NCBI GenBank assembly: GCA_025558095.1
Contig: JAIVFI010000032.1
Location: 124,001 to 188,000, forward strand
Direction of reading: 5' to 3'
Source: Hyaloraphidium curvatum SAG 235-1
Lineage: Eukaryota; Fungi; Monoblepharomycota
DNA length: 64,000 bases
In this document: piece after piece, positions 12,494 through 24,682 of the stretch
Layout of the letters: every line of letters starts with the position of its first letter
Position numbering within the stretch: position 1 is the stretch's first letter
Made by a program: the position numbers and the translations under genes
Notes under the pieces: model-generated
Seen by the model: the letters and a program-made list of their open reading frames with translations, nothing else
The model's database searches: none
Told to the model about the DNA's origin: nothing

Positions 12494-15400
12494 CTACAGC
12501 TTGGCCAGCTTCGAGCCGATCTTCCAGTCCGTCCGCACGAGATCCGCCACGTCGATGACGCTCAAGTGGGAGTGGAACGGATCCACTTCGTCGACGACCA
12601 CGCGGACCCGGTCTCCGACCTTGTACCTGGGGACGAGCTCGTTCGCCGAACCAGGTCCGCCCTCTTGGGTCGATCTGATCGGCGGTGCTATGTGAGGCAT
12701 CTTGGCCACGAGCCCGCCCAGGTCGGCGATCGCGACCATGGCCGTCGGCGAGAAGCGGGAGAGCGCGGTGACGTAGGCCTCGTATGTCGGCCGCAGGGTC
12801 GACCCGTCCGCTTCCACAATCTCGGGAGGGGGCATTCCGTACTCGCCGGGTATCGTCGGCCCGTCCGGCGCGTTGCGCGCAACGACCATGTTTGGCTGGA
12901 ACCTCGTCCGCACCCGGAAAGGCACCCCGCTCGGCGGATCGACGTGCGGCATCGTGATGCGGTCGAGCGGGTCCGACTTGGCCGTCATGGGATCGTTGCC
13001 GAACCTGGAAAGCACCTCGCGCCGCCGCACCCACTCGAGGGCCCAAAACCTGCTGGTACGCTCCATGGCAACGTCGGCGATCCTCTCGGCAACCTTGCCG
13101 CGCGCCAGCAGCTTCTGAATGTCCTCCTTCGTGAAGGGCGGCGGCTTGGAAAGCAGGACCGCCTTGACGTTCCAGTGCAGGAGCATGTCCGGATACCGAC
13201 GAAGCGGTGAGGTCGCCCTGGTATATCCGACGAAGCCAGGCTGCCGATCACCATGACCGACACCGCCCAGCCCCATGCTAAAGTGCGCGATCGGCTCCGC
13301 CGAGACGGTGCTGGCGGGCATATAGGGCAGCAGCTTCAGGAGACCAAAATACGGGAGCACGCCCGTGCGCGGATGCTTCTCAGCCATGACGCCGTCTACC
13401 AGCGCCCGCAGCTCCGCGACGGGCGGGTATCCCGCCGTCGGATCCACGCGGAATTCGCCACCGAGCCGCTCGTCGCGCTCGGCGACGATCGGATGGGCCT
13501 GTGCGGCCTCGACAATGCCCACCTGGCCCCGGAAGAGCACGGGGACGTCGTTGTCCTGGCAGAACCGCGCAGCGATCCGGCCGGCCATGATCATGCACTC
13601 CGAGACGACCGTCTGTGAGGGGTGGAAGTGCTGGATCTTGGAGGCGCGGAAACGCACGGCCGGTGGCGGAGCCCGGTCCGTGACATAGGCAGGTTGGCGC
13701 GGGGGGTAGGGATAAGGGGAAGGAGGGAGGCCCAGCCGGTCCGTCGAGATCCGATACTCGACCTGGTCCGACTGGTACGCCCCGCACGACGTCCGGTAGG
13801 CAAGGTGATGCTTCGCCAGCTCGTAGATACTGGCCAGCCTGCCCCGGTCCTCGGGGCTGACCGAGGCGGCCCGGTTCGGGGGCCGCACCTTTGGCAGCAG
13901 GTCCGATTCCCAGATGCTCCCCGAGCGGTCCTCGGCCGCGGAACGGAAATCGTCCTCGAGCACGTCGTCCACCGTGTCGTAGTGCATGATGCGCACCTCG
14001 TTCAGCAGCGTGCAGCGCACCCTGTAGTCCGCCAGGTCCCCCGTCCGAAGGTCGAGGCGGCCCGAAAACGTCAGGGCGAACCGCTCGGCGCCGTTGATAG
14101 CGGAACTGCGGTCCCTGAGGTCCAAGAGCTTTCCCGTGGCGGTGTCGGGCAGCATGGGGAGGTGCCCGTTGGGGAGGTAGATGCTCGTCCACCTGAGCTG
14201 CGCGAGCAGGCTCAGCGGATGGTCCGGGCCTAGCCACGTGGTCGGATCGGCGATGTGCACGTCGATCCAGTCCGAAAGATTCGCGTCGCCGTCCGTCGCG
14301 GGGGAGATGGAGATGCCGTCGTCCAGCTCGTGCGCAGATGGGTCGTCGATGACAAAGACGGGTTCGGAAAAGCGCTCCCGCACCGCCGCGTGGGGGTCTT
14401 CGATCTGCTCCGCTGCGAGCCGCGCCGACGGGCTCTCCAGGCCGGACGGAAAAACGACTTCCTTCCTCAGCCGCTCCAGAACCTTGATCTCGGTCCGCAT
14501 GTCGTGCTCAAACTCGCTCGGCATGAGCAACGGCCCCTGCGGCCGCCCTGCCACGGCCTTGGCCGGGCCCCCGTCCGCTCCGGGCAGCTCCCATCCGTCC
14601 GTGATCTGCCCCGCCGCGGGCGGCTCCCCAACCAGCTGCCTCGCCCAGAAGTGCGACCACCTGTCAAGCACCCCCATCCACACGCCCATCCCCTCCCTTT
14701 CCTCGACCGAGGGCGGCGTCTCCCTCCCCGACAGCGCGATCGACACGCGCGCCTCCCGTGCGTAGTCGGTCTGGTCCCACGGGTGCAGCAGGCCCACGTC
14801 TCGGGCCAGCTGCAGCAGCCGCGACATGTCCGAGCCGCCCGTCTTGGGGAACAGCGGGGCCATGGCGTGGATCAGCCGGCCGGCGGCGGAGAGGTAGCGC
14901 GACCGGGGTTCGCGGAGGGCGCGCGAGACGTCCAGGAGCAGGCGGCGTTCGGTGTCGGTGAAGGAGAGGAGCTCCAGGTGGCGCGAGATGTGCTGGAAGG
15001 CTTCCGGCGGCGCGGGCGGCACAAAGGCCGTCGCCGCGTCGTCGCGCCACTTTTGGATGTTGCGGCGCATCTCGACCGCGTGTGACATCCGCTCCATCGT
15101 CATCCGAAAATCCGGGCTCGTCGAGGTGACATAGCGGAACACCGACTCGACGTCCGAGCGGTGCGCGGCCGAAGCGACCGCCAGTCTGAAGCCTCCCGGC
15201 GTCCGATCGATGGGACCACCCGGCACAAACACCCGCACGAGTTCCCTGGAACGGTTCCTGCTGAGCCACGTGAAAACGGCAAAGGCCTCTCCCGGCGTCG
15301 GCCTGGGCGAGCCGGCCGCCCCCGAACCCGCCGTCGCCTCGCCGTAGAGCACGTACGCGGCGACGTCCAGCAGCGTCAGCTTGTGCCCGCGCGCCTCCAA

Positions 15401-16200
15401 ACCGGCAAAGTGCGTCCGCAGGGACGCCAACCGCCGGGACTCGGCCACCTCGCCGGCGTAACGCGTCACCGCCCCGTCGAACTCGGCGAGCGACATGCCG
15501 ACCGTGGGCGGCATCCCCGCGCGCAGTACCAGCTCCAGCGCGTCCCTGCTTGTCCGCAGCTCCTCCGACAGCTCGCGCCAGTCCGCACTGGCGCCCAGCA
15601 CGGAGCGCGCGCGGGCGGCAACGACGTCCGAGGCGGCCCAGCCGGGCACATGGAGCTCCACGTCGTGCTGCCAGTGCACGTGCAGTCTGCCATCCGGAAG
15701 CAGGCTGCGAAAGTCGGGGAATCGGGGATGCCGCTGGGCGGGAACCTGCAGGATGACGCCGGGGCGGTGGCTCCCCTGGCCCCTAGAACAACCGAAAGAA
15801 TTACAATTCGTCGTCAGAACGAACATCAGACACAACAACTGTAGCAGGAAACCCACCATCTGAGCAGCACAAGGTCGCCTACAGCCAGCGGCGGCGGCAG
15901 CTGCTTGCCCTGCGGCGTTTCCTCGCCCTCCTCCTCTTCCTCGGGGTCCGCGGCCTGCCGCTCGCTCGGCACCAGCTTTTCGGGGTCCACGAGGGCGCGC
16001 GCAGCCGGCGACGCGTGGATCCGGCGAGAAACGGGGGGTAGAGGGGACGCGGCGCGGGAAGCGAGGTGCCGTTCTTGCGGGGCGCGTGGCCGGCCGAGCG
16101 CCAACCGGACAGGCACCGCGGCCCCGGAAAATGTCCGTCGGAAAGTATTGCGGCAGATTCCGAGGCCGGTTGGCCCCGGAACGACTTGCCGGGCCGGCAT
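12494..16200 (-). CDS. RNase II/RNB-family 3'-5' exoribonuclease, probably mitochondrial (Dss1/Cyt-4-like)
   Basis: RNB motifs VFVIDDPSAHELDDGIS, VHIADPT, VSECMIMAG and ATSPLRRYPDMLLH. An Arg-rich presequence-like N-terminus starts at ATG 16200, with an intron at 15783-15856. Confidence 0.88.
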
Positions 16201-16343
16201 GCCCGGATCCAAGTTGGCCTTTGGAGGACACAAACAAACCGCGTTGGCGTCGCCCGAGATGGAGGCGTCTGCCCGGCCCTCTATCTCGCCGACTTTTCCC
16301 CCACGAGCACTTCCGTCCGATGCCTCGACAGCGCGACCTACAT

Positions 16344-18166
16344 TCACAACCTCGTGAACGGATTCCACCCGCCCCTCTCCACCCGCAACCACACCGCCAT
16401 CGCCACCACGATCGCCTGCGTGAAGCCGCAGTACGCAATGACCCAGGTCCAGTTCGTCGAGAGGCGTGCGCCGTCGGGCGCGAAGATGGAGTTTGCGTCG
16501 GCGATCGCCCCGAGAACTGGGGATCGCGAGTCAGCACCAGGAACGCACCAGATCCGTCCCCAACGGCCAGCAACTCACTCGGGCCGGTAATCAGAATGCC
16601 AGGCGCGAACCAGATGAAGACCCAAGTAATCTTGGTGGCGAACTGGTGCTGTCCGAACCTGTCGGCCGCGACGTCGGTCACCGTGACTGGGAACGGGCCC
16701 GAAATAATCCCGAGCAGGATGCAGAAAGCCAGGATTCCGGCACCACTGGTTCCGACCGTAAGTATCCACAAGGGGACGAACAGTAGGAGAGTGGCGAAAA
16801 CTGCGTCGACCGCGGTTAGTGGGTGTTGTGCATGAGAGCGCGGCGCGAGGTACCAGAATAGACGAGCATGTTGTACTGGCCCATTGCCTTCATCGTGAAT
16901 CCGCTCAGCACCTGCCCCACCGCCATGAACAGATTGAGCAGCGAAAGGCACAGCGCCGCCGAGATCGTGTTGCCGCTCCCCAGATCCTGGATCTGCTGCG
17001 GAACGAACAGGAACGGCGCAAGGAAGCAGGGCGGGTAGAAGAACGTCATGGCCGACAGCTTCCAGTACGTCGGGTTCCGGAACAGCGTGGCATCCATCAC
17101 CGGGTCCTTCCGCGGCCGCTTCGGCAGCCGCTGTATCATCAGGAAGCCCGTGATGAAGCACACCCCTCCCGACACGATCGCGATGATCCGGTACGCCCAG
17201 CGCCAGTCGTACACGTCCAGGAGGTACTGCGTGAGCGGGATGATCACGGCGCCGCCGATCCCCGCGCCCGACATGCCGATGCCAAAGGCGAGCGAGAGCC
17301 GCTTGCGGAACCAGTGCGTCGGTATCGCGAGCGCGGGGGCCAGGAGAGCCGAGTACCCGAACCCGGTGACGATGCCGCCCACAAAGAGGGTCCAGACCTG
17401 CACGGCGAAGGAGTTGATGATGCCGCCCGAGGCGAGGAGGATGGCGCCGGTGCAGGCGACGAGGCGGTAGGAGAAGCGTTCGGCGAGGAAGCCGGTCAGG
17501 GGGCCGTAGAGGTCCATGCTGTGATGTGGGTGCGCTAGGTGAGCGCTGCAATGAAGGAGGCAAGAAAAGAAGCGGACGTACCCGGTCGTGGTGAGGGTGC
17601 TGGCGAAAGAGAGCACGGTGTTGGCGGCACCGGGAAACGTCGCCTCGGCGGTGAAGTAGTCGGTGAATATCCCGACGTTGGTCGATATCCCGACCACCCA
17701 GAAGTGAACTGCGCGGCACGAACCGAGTCCGGTGAGTTCGGGTGGCCGACAAGCCCCCCGCGACGGGCGCATGCCGCCCCACGCCCCGCCGGCACGCACC
17801 CATGAACATGCAAAACACCGACAGCCAGGCGAGCCCGCCGTCGGGGAACGTCACCTCGTCCAGGTGCGCGTCCCGCTCCGCCTCGGCCCGCGCCTCGCGG
17901 TCCTTCTTCGACTCCGGGGCGCGGGCATCCCAGCCGGCGTCGTCGTCCACGACTATCGTCGGGTCGGAGGGGAGGGAGGCGTCCGAGGGGGGCGGCGGGG
18001 TCGGGGGCGGCGCGGGTTCGGGGCTCGAGGGTGCCGCCGCTGCGTCCGCGGTCCCCGGGTCCGTCTCCAACGCCACACCGGGCGCCTCGTCCGGGGCTGG
18101 TGTTCCCGCTGCAACCGCCGCCGTTTCCTCCGACGGACCCGCCGGCAGCGCCGTGGGGGACGCCAT
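16344..18166 (-). CDS. MFS transporter, monocarboxylate porter (MCT/Mch) family; multi-exon
   Basis: FPDGGLAWL N-terminal signature, then GPLTGFLAERFSYR, HWFRKRLSLAFGIGMSGAGIGG and YDWRWAYR, with multiple hydrophobic helices. Confidence 0.88.
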
Positions 18167-18407
18167 GGTGGCGGTGGCGGACCCGATCACTCGATGATCC
18201 GCCCTCCGCTGGCTGATCGGGACCCCGGCGTCCTTGCTTGCTGGACGAATCGGCGCCTTTGTCGACTCCATGCCCATCAGATTGCTCTCTCCCATGCGGA
18301 CCTGCACCAGCGACCGATCCGCCCCGCCGTTCTCCCAAGCCAAGCCGCCCCATGACCCCCGCGCATCTCGTCCCCCTTGCCCCTTGCCCTTGCATCCCCC
18401 TCCCGCG

Positions 18408-19812
18408 TCAAAGCCCCATCTCCTCCATCGACAGCTGATCCAGCTCGATCACCGCCCACCCCCCCTCCTGCTCCCCCTCGGGAACCAGCGGCCCCCCCTG
18501 CCCCCCCCTCGCCCTGACGCCGGCGGGGTCGACGGGGGCCAGGCGCAGCTCGTACGCGCGGATCTCGGCGTTGGCAAAGGGGGTGAAGGTGTCGCCCCTG
18601 CGGAACGGATGGAAGGGGTCAGATGAGCGGAGAGGGTGGGGGGGAGGGACGGAGGCGCACTGGTCCCAGGTGAGGAGGGCCTTGAGGAACCCCCCGTGCT
18701 GCGCCCGGAAAGGCCGCAACGTCGAGTCCGCGATCGCGGGTCCGATGGATGCAACATGTTGCGGAAAACGCGTCAGCACCGGTTCCGGGTGCGGATGTGG
18801 GCGGCACGCACGGTGACGACGGCGATCGGCCCCAGGATCCCCGGGTGCGCCTGCCGCTCCTCCTGGCCCCTGGCCTGGTCGCCTTCCGAGGTCCCGTCGA
18901 CGGCGTCCACGGGGTCGGCCGCCATCTTTTCCTCCCCGCCGGGTTGTTCCTCCCTGATCGCCGGCTGCGGCGCCCCGACCGCCGCCTCCATCTCGTCAAA
19001 CATGCCCCACAGCAGATCCTTGAACCCCCACGCGCGCGCGTACGGATCGTCGCCCTCCCTGCGCTTGGCGAGGTTCCACTCCTCCCGCGAGATCCGCGAC
19101 AGGTCCACCCCCGGGGGCCGGTGCGAGTGGCGGCCGAAGAAGGAGATGGCGGACTTGCGGCGCTTGGCCGCCCTGCCGTTTCCGTTCCCGCCGGCTTCGG
19201 GGGCGTCGGGGTCGACGACCACCCTTCCCCTCTCGCCGAATTCGTCCATCAGGACCGAGAGGGGGCTCCCGGTGTCGCAGTTGAGCGTACCCGATTCCTG
19301 GATGCTCTCCTCGGCGACCACCGGCCCCGGTTCCCCGTCGAACAGGAGCAGCGCCGTCTGCAGCGTGCGCCTGAACGGCGACGCGAGAATCTTTACGGGG
19401 GGCGGCACCACGAACGTCGTCGATTTCCCGTTGCGCGTCAAGACGAGGTGCATCGCGATGCCGCCGCCCTCCTCCTCGGGCGGCGGCCGGAAAATGGAGC
19501 GCAGGACGACGGCCTGCTGCATGCCGGTTTCGGTGAGGGGGGGGTCGGTGCAGGCCGCGGCGTCGGGGGAGACGTTGTGCCAGGCTGTGGGGTTGGGGTG
19601 ACGCGGCGGGGAAGCCCGGAGGGGGGAAGGGGGGGTCAGCGGGCGCGTTCCGGCGGGGTCAGGGGGCAGCGAGGCGCACCCTGCGCGTGGCGGATGAGGT
19701 ACACGATGCGGCGGGGGGCGCGGGGCGCGTCGGCGAGGGTGGTTTCGGAGGGGCGGTGCGGCGGTGCGGCGGGGGGCGGGGGCGCGTCGCCGGGCGCGAT
19801 TTCGGGCGTCAT
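18408..19812 (-). CDS. Histidine phosphatase / phosphoglycerate-mutase-like protein; 3 exons
   Basis: VYLIRHAQ|AWHN across an intron, then ASPFRRTLQTA, IQESGTLNCDTG, AVVT|HGGFLKAL and FANAEIRAY. Confidence 0.85.
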
Positions 19813-20304
19813 TGCTGCGGGAGAAACGCGTCGGCGGGGCGGATGGCGGCCCGAAGGGCGATCGGACGGATGACTGTGCGGTTTCGCGTCGCGCCGACGA
19901 CTCGGCGCTCGCTCTCCGGGTCTGAAGCCACCAGCCATCACCATCGTCCCCTGCTGCTTTTCGGTCCCCGCATCAACGCCGGAAACACCAGATCAGCGCG
20001 CGGACCTATCGCGTCCGATACGTCTGCATCGCATCAGCCGCGACCGGGGCTCGTTTCGCCCGTGTGCGCCGGGCGGCCGGGGATCCGGGGAGCGATCCCC
20101 CCAAAAACGACAGGGCCGAGGGGGATTAAAGCCAAGCGCGTCCGGCCGGGGCAACCGCGGGACGGCGGAGAGGGACTCGCCAGATCCGTCATCCGCCGGG
20201 GCGAAAGCCGCTTCAAGGCCGGGGCGGGAAGCGGGGCCTTGTGACCTGCGCGCTTTTCGCTTCGGCTCTTCCCCACTCTCAAGCGGTCCCGTTCCGCTCC
20301 CCCG

Positions 20305-22725
20305 ATGGAGGGGACGGCGGCGATGGACCGCCTCAGTTACGGCATCGCGTTCCTGATCTTCATCGCGGTCGTCGGCGCGGTGCTGCTCGTCGTGCTGACG
20401 ACGGCCGACGAGGCGCCGGCCGCCCCGCCGCGCCCCGGCAAGGTGGGTTCCCGCTGCGCGCCGCCGCCGCCGCCGCTCACCGTGCGGAACGCGCAGACGG
20501 CGCCGGCCGCCCCGGTGGGCGCAGTGCGCCGCGGCCGCGTTTCGTGGGGCGCGCGCGCGTGGGAGCTCCTTTCGGCGTGGCTGCCGCGGGCGCCGCCCGC
20601 CCCCGCGCAGCCGCCCTCCGCCCAGCCACGCGATGCGCCGCGGGGCCACGCGCGCCGCGCCTCGGGCACCGCCAGGCCGCCGCCGGACCCGGGGGGCCCA
20701 TCCGCCGCGGCGAAGCACGCCCCGCCCGCACTCCCCGGAACACCGCACGGACCGCACGGACTCTCGCTGCAAAATGCAGACTCGGACCCGAACGGATTCG
20801 CTGGATCGATTGGACTCCACAGGCAGCCGGGCCGCGCACCGAACGCCGCCCGCCCGCCGCCGCACCCCGCCGCATCCCCCGCGCCGCTGCCGCCGGGCGA
20901 TCCGCCGCAGACGCTGGTCGCAAAAACAGCCGCACTCGCTGCACACGCACACCAGCCTGCCGCCGACGACGACGGCGCGTGGGAGCGCGCGGAAGGCCGC
21001 AGGAGCAGGCACAGAAAGACCGACTCGGCCGCCTCGCTCGCAACCGCGACCGCACCGGCCGCACCCCAGATCTCGGCACCCCCTGCACCGGCAACTCCCA
21101 CGGCACTTCCAACGGCAACCCCCACGGCACCCGCGGACGCGCCCGGGCTGCGGCCCCCCGCGCAGGCGCAGGCACCGCCCCGGCCCCCGCCCGGCAACCC
21201 CGCGGACGCAGCCCCGGCGCAGGCCGCCGAGCTGCAGCAGGGCACCTGGACCGCCGCGCTCGGCAGGCGCACCAGCGGCCGCCGCGGGCGCACGGGCGAC
21301 GGCCCCGATGCCCCCGGCAGCGACGACCCGCGGGCCAGGCCGAAATCCCCCGTGGGGCCGCTCAAGACGGCCAACCTCGCGCAGGCGCTGCATGCAAAGC
21401 AAGGGAACGGGACGTTGGCGGATGCGGGCAACATGCTGACGCCGCCGGCGACGCCGCCGTCCAGGGCGCCGACGGTCCCCAGGGCCAGGCAGGAGGGCGA
21501 GCACCAGAGGGAGCAGTCCCAGAGGGAGCAGAGGGATCGCGAGCGCGAGCCAAAGGACCGCGAGCGCGGTGGCGAAAAGGAGCGCGGCGGCGACAGGCAG
21601 GAGAAGAAGAGGGGCAAGGCCGGCAAGGGCGGGGCGGGCAGCTCCGTCGGCACCGTCGCCGACGTTCCGCAGGCCTCCCAGGGAACCCGGCCCTCGCAGC
21701 CCGGCACGCCCGAGCCTGTCTCTCCGAGCAAGCGCGGCTCCGGCAACACCGGCTACGTGCGCCCGCCCCGGTTCTCGCCCAACAAGTCGGCCTCGTTCGC
21801 GACCGACGGCAAGCCCGCCGGCCCCAGGCAGCCCGTGCCCTTCGAGGTGGTCCCCGTGGCGACCCGCAGCACCTCGCCGCTCCCGGCGCCGACCAAGAAG
21901 CCGCTGCGCCCGCCGCCCGGTCTGTCGCTCAAGCCCGCCGCGGGCGGGGACGCCTTTCCCGGCCTCCCCACCCCGCCCCCGTTCTCGGCCTCCACCTCGG
22001 CACGCACCACCCCCCCTCCCTCCCCGTCGGCATCGACCCCCGGCACCTCCTCCCCCGTGCAGAGCAGCACCCGCTCCGGCTCGGCCCTCAGCGCGGACGC
22101 CGGCTCCCCCCGCGCCCCCGACGCGCTGGGCGACCTCGCGCGGTACACCCTGTGGCCCGCCGACCCGATCCCCGACGACGCCCCTGCGGCGCGGCTCATC
22201 GAAAGCGCGATGCCCCCCCGCGCGCGCGGGCCGGCCCGCCGCGCGTCGGTGGGCGGGCACCCCAACGGGTTGGGGGGGGAGCGGTGGTACTCCCCCTTTG
22301 ACGGCGGCCTGAGCCTCACCCCGCAGGTCCGCCCGCCCTCGCAGGCGGAGTGGTCCGCGCCCGCAGCGAGCGGCGACCTGTGGGGCTCGTCTTTGGGGCT
22401 GCGGGCGGCGGGCGCGGGGCGGATCGGCCGCGGGCCGGCGGCGCAGGAGGGGTACGGGGGTTGGTCCCCCACGAGCCCGTCGGCGCCGGCGCACCTGATC
22501 GGCCACGGCTTCCTCGCCGGGCTCGACCGCATCTCCGGCACCCTCCCCCCCGCCCCGCCCGCCGGCCAGCCGCAGCAGGACGAGGGGTTCACCTACCAGA
22601 TCGCGGGGCACAAGCGCGCCGTCCAGGTCGGCGGCGACCTGCACTACCGCGCGACGGCGGTGGCGGCGGCGGCGGCGGCGGCGGGGGCGCCCGAGGTTGC
22701 GGGGTGGGAGAGGAAGGAGGGGTAG
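20305..22725 (+). CDS. Hypothetical protein with an N-terminal transmembrane helix and a long Pro/Ser-rich disordered region
   Basis: 806-aa ORF with ATG, hydrophobic IAFLIFIAVVGAVLLVVL, a charged RE/RD tract and G/C-ending codons. No family recognised. Confidence 0.55.
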   Translation: MEGTAAMDRLSYGIAFLIFIAVVGAVLLVVLTTADEAPAAPPRPGKVGSRCAPPPPPLTVRNAQTAPAAPVGAVRRGRVSWGARAWELLSAWLPRAPPAPAQPPSAQPRDAPRGHARRASGTARPPPDPGGPSAAAKHAPPALPGTPHGPHGLSLQNADSDPNGFAGSIGLHRQPGRAPNAARPPPHPAASPAPLPPGDPPQTLVAKTAALAAHAHQPAADDDGAWERAEGRRSRHRKTDSAASLATATAPAAPQISAPPAPATPTALPTATPTAPADAPGLRPPAQAQAPPRPPPGNPADAAPAQAAELQQGTWTAALGRRTSGRRGRTGDGPDAPGSDDPRARPKSPVGPLKTANLAQALHAKQGNGTLADAGNMLTPPATPPSRAPTVPRARQEGEHQREQSQREQRDREREPKDRERGGEKERGGDRQEKKRGKAGKGGAGSSVGTVADVPQASQGTRPSQPGTPEPVSPSKRGSGNTGYVRPPRFSPNKSASFATDGKPAGPRQPVPFEVVPVATRSTSPLPAPTKKPLRPPPGLSLKPAAGGDAFPGLPTPPPFSASTSARTTPPPSPSASTPGTSSPVQSSTRSGSALSADAGSPRAPDALGDLARYTLWPADPIPDDAPAARLIESAMPPRARGPARRASVGGHPNGLGGERWYSPFDGGLSLTPQVRPPSQAEWSAPAASGDLWGSSLGLRAAGAGRIGRGPAAQEGYGGWSPTSPSAPAHLIGHGFLAGLDRISGTLPPAPPAGQPQQDEGFTYQIAGHKRAVQVGGDLHYRATAVAAAAAAAGAPEVAGWERKEG

Positions 22726-22912
22726 GCCGGCCCCGAGGCCCGGATGGTTCGGGCCAAGGGGCGGGGCAGGTGTAAGCGATTGTAGGGTGGGATCGGTATT
22801 CGGATGCTAGCACGGCATGGGTTCCGGGCGGGGAAGGCGTCCGTCGCCGGGGGGAGCAGCGTCGATCGTCGGTGACGCGTCGTTTCTCGAGCCCCCGCAA
22901 GACCGGAGCGCG

Positions 22913-23766
22913 ATGCCGGACGATTTGGCGGACCTCGAGGCGCGTCTCCGGCGGCTGCGCGCGCCGCCGCCGTCGGACCTTCCCGCGTGCGTCCCCTTGC
23001 CGCGCGAGAGGGGTTCGGACTGACGCGCCGCAGCGACGACGAGCTCGCGGCGCGGTTGGAGAAGATCACGGGCAGCAAGCCCGTCGCGTCTTCCTCTCCG
23101 CTCTTCCGGGATCCTTTTGCCGGGGGCAAGGCCGGGCCGGCGTTTGGCGGCGAGGCCGGGGCTCTGGGCGACGAGTTCGTCGGCCTCTTCGGGGACGGCC
23201 CCCTGCTCACGGACTCGGACCTCGCACCGTCCCCCTCGCCGCCGTTCAAAGACCCGGGCAAGCTCGCCGGCCTGTCCCCCGGGGAGCTCGCGGGGCTGGA
23301 GGACGAGGCGGACGAGCTGCTTTCCGCGGTCGCGGCCGAGGTGCGGCTCGAGGGGAGGACGAGGTGGGCGGAGGAGCACGCGGAGAGGGAGCTGGAGAGG
23401 AGGGTTGGGGGGCTGAAACAAGTGAAGGTGCCGCCGAAAAAGGCGCCGCCGGAGGGGGAGAGGGGGGTGAAGGCGGGGAAGGAGGGAGGCACGGCGCAAG
23501 GAGCGGGGAAGCAGGCGGCTTCGGTGCTGGGGCCGCCTCCAAAGCCCCTCAAATCGACATTTGCTGCGAGCGGCGGGGGCAGCGACGGCGACGGGGAGGA
23601 GGAGCTCCCCTGGTGTTGCATCTGCAACGACGACGCCTCGGTGCGGTGCCGCGGGTGCGACGGGGACCTCTACTGCAGGAAGTGCTTCGTCGAGGGGCAC
23701 AAGGGGGACCCGGAGCTGTCGCGGCACCGGACGGAGGTGTACAGGGGGAAGAAGGCCGCGAGATAG
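22913..23766 (+). CDS. ZFYVE19/ANCHR-like protein: MIM1-like helices plus C-terminal B-box-like zinc finger, no FYVE domain
   Basis: C-terminus [35 protein letters not shown]...HRT closely matches the animal ZFYVE19 C-terminus as recalled. One GT-AG intron lies at about 22987-23033. Confidence 0.8.
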
Positions 23767-23783
23767 CACGTCGATCTTGCGGG

Positions 23784-23875
23784 TACAGGTGCGGCCGTTG
23801 CCGGTCCAGCCGGCGTTGCATGCGCACGATGCCACGAAGTCGCTGCTGGTGCACGTTGCCTGCGCGTTCATTCGC
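23784..23875 (-). pseudogene. Isolated, probably degenerate EGF-like domain fragment
   Basis: Translates as NAQATCTSSDFVASCACNAGWTGNGRTC. The preceding Cys codon appears reduced to 'tg' (gaa tg aac). Confidence 0.5.
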
Positions 23876-24329
23876 TGTTCCGCTGCGGGTTCAAAGTGCA
23901 CAACCATCGCCAGAAGCAGAGGCTCTGGCTGTAGCGATGGAAAGTCAGGGTCTTTTGATGGACCGGCGAAATTCTGGGGCTGCTTTGCATCCCAGCCGCT
24001 CCTCGGTTCATTTCTGGCCGGGATCCCGTTCTCAGCGGCACCCGGAGCGACTGGCAATTCTTTCACTTTCACCGCGAGCATCACTCCCGAGCACCATCGA
24101 TTTTCGGAATGCACGGCACATGACCGTGCATCATGCCCGAGGCTGGTCACGAAGGCAGAGTGGGAGAAGATTGGACGCAGCTCTAGCAGCTGTCGGTGGA
24201 GGCCATCGGGCCATGATGGTTGCGGACGGACGGACGACGGATGGGGGCAAGCTTGGAAGCACGGTGGGGCGGATCGACGGCGGATGTAGGTCCGCATTAG
24301 AAAGATCGATCGGATGGATCGGTGATACC

Positions 24330-24398
24330 CAACCGACGAACCGACGTGCGGCCTGATCAAAAAGCAACCGACGAACCGACGTGCGGCCTGATCAAAAA
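24330..24398. repeat. Two exact 34-bp direct repeats (period 35)
   Basis: caaccgacgaaccgacgtgcggcctgatcaaaaa at 24330-24363 and 24365-24398. Confidence 0.95.
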
Positions 24399-24682
24399 CA
24401 GATGAAGGGGAGTTTTGTTCGGTCGATCCCCGTGGGGCCAAAAACGGGTAAGGGGCCCGCCCACACTTTTCGCTCCACCACCGGCTCGTCCTGCAATCTC
24501 GGCCATCCGAGGGCGCATCGCGGCACTTCTTGCCCGCGCGGAGCGTTTCGCGGGCGGACTCGGACATTCCGGCGGTTCCTCTGCCGCAGGAAGCTCCGCT
24601 CCGCCCAGCCGCGATGCTGCCCGGCCAACCCGCCTCCCCCCGGCTTCACCGCATGCCGCCCCCTGCCGGCCCCTCCCGGCGC

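Noticed and set aside
12494-18343. 1949-aa ORF suggesting an MFS-RNase fusion protein
   Set aside because: It is a stop-poor GC-rich frame crossing two genes. The MFS core is in other frames with its own stop at 16344, and the RNB gene has its own presequence exon.
19993-22644. Long overlapping antisense and alternative-frame ORFs (883, 686 and 470 aa; similar ones at 43.8-46.1 kb)
   Set aside because: Arg/Gly/Ala/Pro-rich shadow frames expected at very high GC, with no motifs.
24330-24398. Possible CRISPR-like repeat
   Set aside because: Only two adjacent copies, no spacer, no cas genes, and a eukaryotic context.
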